From the NCBI GenBank assembly GCA_963703315.1, contig OY969811.1, positions 3,136,001-3,200,000 on the forward strand: a stretch of 64,000 nucleotides of DNA. The letters run 5' to 3'. The stretch's first letter is position 1, and each line of letters begins with the position of its first letter. The stretch is from an uncultured cyanobacterium (lineage in GTDB: Bacteria > Cyanobacteriota > Cyanobacteriia > Pseudanabaenales > Pseudanabaenaceae). The position numbers and the translations under genes were made by a program. Shown piece after piece: positions 58,233 to 64,000 of the stretch. Below the pieces are notes generated by a model. It was not told the DNA's origin. It searched no databases and saw nothing but the letters and a program-made list of their open reading frames with translations.

Positions 58233-59441
58233 ATGCCAGAAAGAATACTAGATTTATTGCTTGTTGCCGCTTTAGGATTTTTGGGGAGCTTCGGTCATTG
58301 CGTAGGAATGTGTGGACCTTTGACTGTCGCTTTTTCGCTTTCAGGTAAAGAAAATCAGCCTAAAGCTTGGCAACGGCACTTATATTTCCATATATTGCTC
58401 AATCTTGGCAGAATTTTTAGCTATGCGATCGCGGGGGCGGCGATTGGGGCGATTGGCTCAGTATTGGTAGCTAGCGGACAGTTTGCAGGGATTGAAAGCG
58501 ATTTAAGGCGTTGGTTAGCAATTTTGACAGGGATTCTCTTAGTTTGGATGGGAATCATCCAGATTAAGCCCGAAGGTTTGCCAAATCTACCTTTTCTGAA
58601 TCCGATGGCAATAGTGTCCCTCCATCAACGTCTTAGTGCCGCAATGATGAACTTATCGCGGTATTCTCATCCCTTAACTCCTGCTTTGCTGGGCATGACA
58701 TGGGGATTAATTCCCTGCGGATTTCTCTATACAGCGCAACTAAAGGCAGCCGAAACTAGCAATATGTGGCAGGGAGCATTAACAATGTTGGCTTTTGGCA
58801 TCGGCACTTTACCATCGATGCTTGGTATCGGTGTATTTGCAGGTTTATTAAGCCGCGATCGCCGCAGTCAGTTATTTCAGATGGGCGGCTGGATTACGCT
58901 CACAATCGGCATATTGACGCTATTACGCACTAGCGACATGGTGGACTACACAGGTCATGCGGGTTTGATTTTGCTCATGCTTGCCCTTGCTGCCCGTCCT
59001 CTCAGTCAAATTTTTAAATCTTGGTCTAGTTTAATGACCTATCGCCGTGCGATCGGCGTTGGTGCATTTGTGCTATCCCTTGCCCATACCTTCCATAAGA
59101 TTGAGCATACTTTCCAATGGAACCTTGATGCTTTATCCTTTATGATTCCGCAGCACCAAATCTCGATTTGGCTAGGGGCGATCGCGATCACCTTGATGAC
59201 TCCCGCCGCCCTCACTAGTTCTGATTGGATGGTGACAAAACTCGGTAAAGCTTGGCGCTATTTGCATTTGCTCTCGGTTCCTGCGTTGATACTTGCATCA
59301 ATTCATACAATTGCGATCGGTTCCAATTATCTCGGTGCAGTGGAATGGACTCCTAAGAATTGGATTTTGACAATTTTATGTGGGGCGATTACCGTTGGGG
59401 TTTTGTTAATTAGATTTTTGAAATTTGGCGATCATAAGTAG
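58233..59441 (+). CDS. DsbD_2/UreH-like membrane protein fused to a ferric-reductase (MsrQ-like) TM domain
   Basis: GSFGHCVGMCGP and IPCGFLY motifs; C-terminal RRAIG...AH, ALTS and W..LH...IH. Confidence 0.8.
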   Translation: MPERILDLLLVAALGFLGSFGHCVGMCGPLTVAFSLSGKENQPKAWQRHLYFHILLNLGRIFSYAIAGAAIGAIGSVLVASGQFAGIESDLRRWLAILTGILLVWMGIIQIKPEGLPNLPFLNPMAIVSLHQRLSAAMMNLSRYSHPLTPALLGMTWGLIPCGFLYTAQLKAAETSNMWQGALTMLAFGIGTLPSMLGIGVFAGLLSRDRRSQLFQMGGWITLTIGILTLLRTSDMVDYTGHAGLILLMLALAARPLSQIFKSWSSLMTYRRAIGVGAFVLSLAHTFHKIEHTFQWNLDALSFMIPQHQISIWLGAIAITLMTPAALTSSDWMVTKLGKAWRYLHLLSVPALILASIHTIAIGSNYLGAVEWTPKNWILTILCGAITVGVLLIRFLKFGDHK

Positions 59442-59508
59442 CTGGGCATAATTAAAAACCAGAGCCAAAACCTGTGGCGCACGTTCAGCGTGCGCCACAG
59501 GTTTTGGC
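59435..59508. mobile_element. MITE family A, truncated inverted copy providing the upstream gene's stop codon
   Basis: taagtagctgggcataattaaaaaccagagccaaaacctgtggcgcacg...cgtgcgccacaggttttggc. Confidence 0.75.
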
Positions 59509-59511
59509 TAT

Positions 59512-61353
59512 TTAGATATTCTGCAACCAATTCTGTAAAACGACTAAACTCCACCGTCGATACCATTGTTGTCGCGGTAGGGGAATCTGACTTGGTACTT
59601 TGATATCCATAGTATATTCACTCCATTCATGATCAATCCATTGCTCAAAGGGAATTGTAAATCCCCGCTTTTTTCGACTAGTAATGTATTCGGGAATCTC
59701 TGGAATGGCACTAGTCAAAAGGCTCTTATTTCCTTGTAAACGGAGTGTGGCGGGAATCTGGCTTACTGCACTAAACAAATGACTATCGACAAAGGGAACA
59801 CGCAGTTCTAATCCCCATTTCATGCTCATAACATCACTATCACGCAATAGTTGATTTCGCATATAACGACTTAGCTCTAAATAGGAAACTTGATCTTCGA
59901 GGGTAGGGAAAGATAGAGAATGCTGATTTGTGATTGGTGTAGAATTTGTGATTTCAGTTGGTAAGCGATCGCTGGCATCATTGCCTAGATAAAACTGTAT
60001 AATTTGAGCAGCTTCCCAATCTGAAAAGACTCCGCGTACTAAGTTGTAGGAATTTTCGATAGAGTTTTCTTTGGTTAAGAAAGTCCCTAGTCTTCGATAT
60101 TTTGGAAACTTTGTAAGTCTTTCTAAACTATGACCAAACACACCGAAAAGTGAATCTAAATAAGCTATTTTTTGCCTCTGCTGAAATATTTTGGGGACAT
60201 TTTTAAACGTCCCATAGCCACCAAATAATTCATCTCCGCCTAATCCTGATAGGACTACTTTCATGTCATATTGAGAAGCTAGTCTTGACACGCAAAATGT
60301 ATTAAATCCATCGATAGTTGGTTGATCAAGCGATCGCCAATAATCTGGTAATAGACTTTTACCAATATTAGCCGTCAGTAGATATTCAGTATGGAATGTT
60401 CCAAATTCTTTCGCAACTTGACGCGCAATTTCTCCCTCGTTCCAGCGTTCTTCATTAAATGTAATTGAATAGGTACATAATTTATCCGCTTGAGTTTGAC
60501 GCGCGATCGCTACAATTGCCGTTGAGTCAATACCTCCACTTAAAAACACACCAACGGGTACATCACTAATGAAATGATGTTGGACGGTATCAATCAAAGC
60601 TAAACGGGTTTTGGAGATCGCTTCACTATTACTGATTGATTGATTATTTGATGAATGAATTAACTGTGACTCAAAGCTAATTTGCCAGTATTGTTGCTGC
60701 TGAAGTTTTCCAGCTTTCCATAATAAGTAACTACCTGCTTCTAGACACTTAATATCTTCAATGATCGTCCAAGGCTCTGATACGGAGCCATTGGTTAAGT
60801 ATGTATATAAACCAATCGAGCTTAATTGTTTAGGGACGATTCCTGTCGCTAAAATTGTGCGTAATTCTGAACCAAAAATTAAAGTTGAGCCTTGATACCA
60901 ATAGTAGAGTGGTTTAATACCTAGGCGATCGCGAGCAATAAAGCATACTTTCTCTAAGTCATCCCAAATTGCAAAAGCAAACATCCCTCTTAAAAAATCT
61001 AGACATTTTTCTTGATACTTGGCATAAAGTTTGAGAATGACTTCTGTATCTGTGCATGAAAAAAATGTTTCTCCTGCGCTCTCTAATTTTTGTCTTAATT
61101 CCATAAAGTTATAGATTTCGCCATTAAAGGTAATCCAATAACGTTGATTATGAATAGACATTGGTTGATGTCCATTTGCACTCAGATCAAGAATGGAAAG
61201 TCGGGTATGTACTAACGCAACAGTTTGATCTTTAGACAAATAAGCACCGCGATCATCTCCCCCTCGATGCTCAAGGTTAGTTTGCATTATTTGCATAAAT
61301 CGCTCAATCGAAGGACGAAATGATGTGTTTAAGACACCAGCGATTCCACACAT
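59512..61353 (-). CDS. asnB: Asparagine synthase (glutamine-hydrolysing) family amidotransferase
   Basis: MCGIAG, RLSILDL...GHQPM, NGEIYN, LSGGIDS, SGLGGDELFGGY and ELRVPF motifs. Confidence 0.93.
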   Translation of the reverse strand: MCGIAGVLNTSFRPSIERFMQIMQTNLEHRGGDDRGAYLSKDQTVALVHTRLSILDLSANGHQPMSIHNQRYWITFNGEIYNFMELRQKLESAGETFFSCTDTEVILKLYAKYQEKCLDFLRGMFAFAIWDDLEKVCFIARDRLGIKPLYYWYQGSTLIFGSELRTILATGIVPKQLSSIGLYTYLTNGSVSEPWTIIEDIKCLEAGSYLLWKAGKLQQQQYWQISFESQLIHSSNNQSISNSEAISKTRLALIDTVQHHFISDVPVGVFLSGGIDSTAIVAIARQTQADKLCTYSITFNEERWNEGEIARQVAKEFGTFHTEYLLTANIGKSLLPDYWRSLDQPTIDGFNTFCVSRLASQYDMKVVLSGLGGDELFGGYGTFKNVPKIFQQRQKIAYLDSLFGVFGHSLERLTKFPKYRRLGTFLTKENSIENSYNLVRGVFSDWEAAQIIQFYLGNDASDRLPTEITNSTPITNQHSLSFPTLEDQVSYLELSRYMRNQLLRDSDVMSMKWGLELRVPFVDSHLFSAVSQIPATLRLQGNKSLLTSAIPEIPEYITSRKKRGFTIPFEQWIDHEWSEYTMDIKVPSQIPLPRQQWYRRWSLVVLQNWLQNI

Positions 61354-61417
61354 TCGCGTCTCCTCTGAAAAATGAAAGCCTCTATATAGAAATCCTACAG
61401 TTCTTTGTCCTGTCCTA

Positions 61418-61531
61418 ATAGCAAAAAAAGAGTTAGCTAGTACAAACTAAAAACCAAGAAGAGAGTTGCGGCGCGGAGCGCCGCAACTCTCTTCTTGGTT
61501 TTTTGTCCTAAGCCAAACTTTTTTTGCTATA
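61418..61531. repeat. Family B MITE-like repeat
   Basis: atagcaaaaaaag...tttttttgctat ends; aaaccaagaagagagttgcggcgc...gcgccgcaactctcttcttggttt hairpin. Confidence 0.65.
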
Positions 61532-61685
61532 TAACAATTAGGACTTACGCAAGGGCGTTGTCCATATTCATAATGACAGTCAAGAATATGATATTTGTTG
61601 AATTCTATACCTGTAATTACTTGCGATCGCGTAATCCTGTAACTAAATTTATGGCTTTCTGGATTATGCGATCGCCAAGGTTAAA

Positions 61686-62669
61686 TTAATACAAGCGATC
61701 TAGAACGTAATTAGTCAAACCAATGAGGGATTGCTTAGGTGCAGAAGATGGCAGCCACTCGATCGCCGTTAGCGCGGACTTAACATGACTCTTTGCAAGT
61801 TCACGCGATCGCGCAATGCCTTCACTGCTATAGACCAGTTCTAAGGCTTTCTCAAGATCACCTTCTTCACTAAATTCGCGCTCGATCAATCCCCGCAATT
61901 GAGGATATTCCTCTAGTGCATACAAAACAGGTGCTGTCAAATTACCCTGCTTGAGGTCGGAGCCTGCGGGCTTACCCAAAGTCTCAGTCGAACTGGTGAA
62001 ATCGAGAATGTCATCGACAACTTGAAAGGCGATCCCAAAATGCTTGCCAAAATTAAATAGTTGTTCAGCCTGAACTTGACTCACGCCACTGAGTACCCCC
62101 GCCGCCTTCGCACTACCCGCCATCAGAGATGCAGTCTTATAAAAGCTTTTCTCTAAATAATCATCAAAGGTCAAGCCACTGTCAAAAGCAGTCAGACTCT
62201 GACGAATTTCACCTTCAGCAAAATCGGTAATCACTTTCGACAAGAGCTTAACTACTTCGAGGTGATCGAGATTTGCTAAATACCAAGATGCTTGAGCAAA
62301 TAGGAAATCCCCAGCTAGTACGGCAATACGATTACCAAAACTGCTGTTGACCGTTGGCATACCACGTCTAAGTTCGGCGGAGTCAATTACATCGTCATGT
62401 ACCAAGCTGGCAGTGTGGATCATTTCGGTGATCTCGGCGAGGCGGCGATGGCGTGAGGTGATGTCGCGATCGCTCATGGTCGCACGGGAAACTAGCAAAA
62501 CTAAGGCTGGGCGCATACTCTTGCCCTTCGCCTCAAATAAATGCTCAGCCGCAGCGTACAAAATTGGATGTCTTGCCCCTACCAACTGCTTCAAATTATC
62601 CGTGAGCGTACGCAAGTCATCTTTGACTGGTGCAAAAAGTTCGGTGACAGAAGTAGTTGGAAGGCTCAT
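61686..62669 (-). CDS. sds: Solanesyl diphosphate synthase
   Basis: EMIHTASLVHDDVID and FQVVDDILD DDxxD motifs; KSFYKTASL. Confidence 0.92.
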   Translation of the reverse strand: MSLPTTSVTELFAPVKDDLRTLTDNLKQLVGARHPILYAAAEHLFEAKGKSMRPALVLLVSRATMSDRDITSRHRRLAEITEMIHTASLVHDDVIDSAELRRGMPTVNSSFGNRIAVLAGDFLFAQASWYLANLDHLEVVKLLSKVITDFAEGEIRQSLTAFDSGLTFDDYLEKSFYKTASLMAGSAKAAGVLSGVSQVQAEQLFNFGKHFGIAFQVVDDILDFTSSTETLGKPAGSDLKQGNLTAPVLYALEEYPQLRGLIEREFSEEGDLEKALELVYSSEGIARSRELAKSHVKSALTAIEWLPSSAPKQSLIGLTNYVLDRLY

Positions 62670-62948
62670 GCGAATAAACCAGTTTTATATCAATTTTTAC
62701 ATATCTTCATATATTGTATGAGTAATGTTGTAAGAGTTGAAGACAGACTAAGTTTGTTTTCTTGATGGTTATGGTATAGATGCTTGTAAATAGCTGATAA
62801 TCTGTACCTACTACTCCTTTAGCCAGAAATTTTTTGGCGATCGCTAAATCAGAAAGTAGCGCGTCGTGTTGTACTGCTTTCTGGGCATCGCAATAAGATA
62901 TATTATTTAACAAATCGTAATCCAATCGTATAGATGGAACTTTGACTA

Positions 62949-63695
62949 ATGATGCCTAGGCTGCTCTTGATTGATGATGATCCGATAATCTCTGAAATGG
63001 TCACGCTGAACCTCGAACACGCTGGCTATCAAGTCAGTCAAGCGAGTGATGGCATCAAAGGACAAGCACTTGCCATTCAGTTGATGCCAGACATGATCAT
63101 CCTTGACTTGATGCTACCCAGAGTTGATGGCTTTACGGTTTGCCAAAGGTTACGGCGTGACGAACGTACTAGAGAAATCCCTGTGATGATGCTTACCGCG
63201 ATGGGGCAAACCCAAGATAAGGTTGAAGGGTTTAACGCAGGGGCAGATGACTATTTGACTAAGCCCTTTGAGCTTGAAGAAATGTTGGCACGGGTGCGAG
63301 CTTTACTGCGCCGCACTAATCGCATTATTGATACTGCCAAACATGGTGAAATCTTAATCTTCGGCTCTTTAACCCTTGTCCCTGAACGCTTTGAGGCAAT
63401 TTGGTTTAATAAAACTGTCAAGCTCACCCATTTAGAATTTGAGTTATTGCATTGTCTGTTGCAGCGTCATGGGCAGACGGTTTCACCTAGTGAAATCCTC
63501 AAAGAGGTGTGGGGCTATGAACCCGATGATGATATCGAAACCATTCGAGTCCATATTCGCCATTTACGCACTAAGCTCGAACCTGATCCTCGTCATCCTA
63601 AATACATTAAGACTGTTTATGGGGCAGGTTACTGTTTAGAGCTTCCTAGTGATGAGGATAATCGTCAGGAGCAAGAGGCGATCGCTGCTGGCTAA
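62949..63695 (+). CDS. rpaA: Circadian output response regulator RpaA
   Basis: [22 protein letters not shown] and [40 protein letters not shown]. Confidence 0.95.
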   Translation: MMPRLLLIDDDPIISEMVTLNLEHAGYQVSQASDGIKGQALAIQLMPDMIILDLMLPRVDGFTVCQRLRRDERTREIPVMMLTAMGQTQDKVEGFNAGADDYLTKPFELEEMLARVRALLRRTNRIIDTAKHGEILIFGSLTLVPERFEAIWFNKTVKLTHLEFELLHCLLQRHGQTVSPSEILKEVWGYEPDDDIETIRVHIRHLRTKLEPDPRHPKYIKTVYGAGYCLELPSDEDNRQEQEAIAAG

Positions 63696-63735
63696 AAACT
63701 AGTGATGCGGCGCAAAGCGCCGCATCACTAGTTTT
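63696..63735. terminator. Palindrome between convergent rpaA and dedA
   Basis: aaaactagtgatgcggcgc-aaa-gcgccgcatcactagtttt. Confidence 0.7.
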
Positions 63736-64000
63736 TAGCTGATCGTTTCCAGATGCGATAACCAATAAATGCAGCGATCGCTATTAAAACGCCGAAAACT
63801 ACGACTTTAGTGATCACATCAATGTAATCTTCAACTAATTTGTAATTTTTACCTAAAAAGTATCCTGCATAGGTTAGTAAAGTGACCCAGCCCAGCGTGC
63901 CAATCGTGGAATAGATAAAGAATGGAACTAGCGACATTTTACTAATGCCTGCGGGAATGGAAATCAAAGTGCGAATGCCGGGGACAAGACGACCAAATAG
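63728..64000 (-). CDS. DedA family membrane protein, 5'-partial
   Basis: Frame open to the window end: LFGRLVPGIRTLISIPAG... Confidence 0.9.
   Translation of the reverse strand, partial: LFGRLVPGIRTLISIPAGISKMSLVPFFIYSTIGTLGWVTLLTYAGYFLGKNYKLVEDYIDVITKVVVFGVLIAIAAFIGYRIWKRSAKN

Noticed and set aside
59512..61353. Lasso peptide cyclase
   Set aside because: Intact N-terminal Cys glutaminase domain (MCGIAG) and no adjacent precursor, peptidase or RRE genes.
485..63639. Numerous 60-140 aa ORFs overlapping or antisense to long genes (for example 5756-6013, 8456-8728, 28019-28387, 39489-39920, 62347-62721)
   Set aside because: Shadow frames of well-supported genes, with no recognisable motifs.
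1..64000. CRISPR array, rRNA or tRNA genes
   Set aside because: No regularly spaced direct repeats with unique spacers, no cas genes and no recognisable structural RNA; the repeats are dispersed palindromes or coding TPR units.

Overview
Cyanobacterial chromosomal window. The HIP1 octamer GCGATCGC is abundant and psaL/psaI, petJ, rpaA and crtD are present. The repeat style suggests a Pseudanabaena-like genome (inference only). Most of it is core genes: crtD, hrcA, sufE, rsmB, mraY, psaL-psaI, nth, rpsU, ctaA-ctaB, asnB, sds, rpaA. Accessory or notable blocks: (1) 25.1-31.1 kb, a yefM-yoeB locus whose toxin is broken by a 220-bp MITE plus a frameshift, converging on a co-oriented cassette of a TPR-CHAT (caspase-like) protease, a small protein and a CorA-like coiled-coil/2-TM protein. 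This is the best candidate for a little-characterised protease-gated conflict or cell-death system. (2) Two identical IS701-like elements, each with its own target duplication, upstream of a PatA-CheY-CheY-CheW-MCP-CheA-CheW taxis operon. (3) A porin-phoX pair behind a Pho-box-like promoter. (4) A petJ, His-rich SodC-like, His/Cys protein and DsbD_2/MsrQ-like fusion cluster that looks like a copper-limitation module. Intergenic DNA is full of MITEs and palindromes that share a core but have variable arms; an IS1 is nested inside one MITE. No rRNA, tRNA or CRISPR array was seen. All product calls come from motif recognition by eye, not from database searches.
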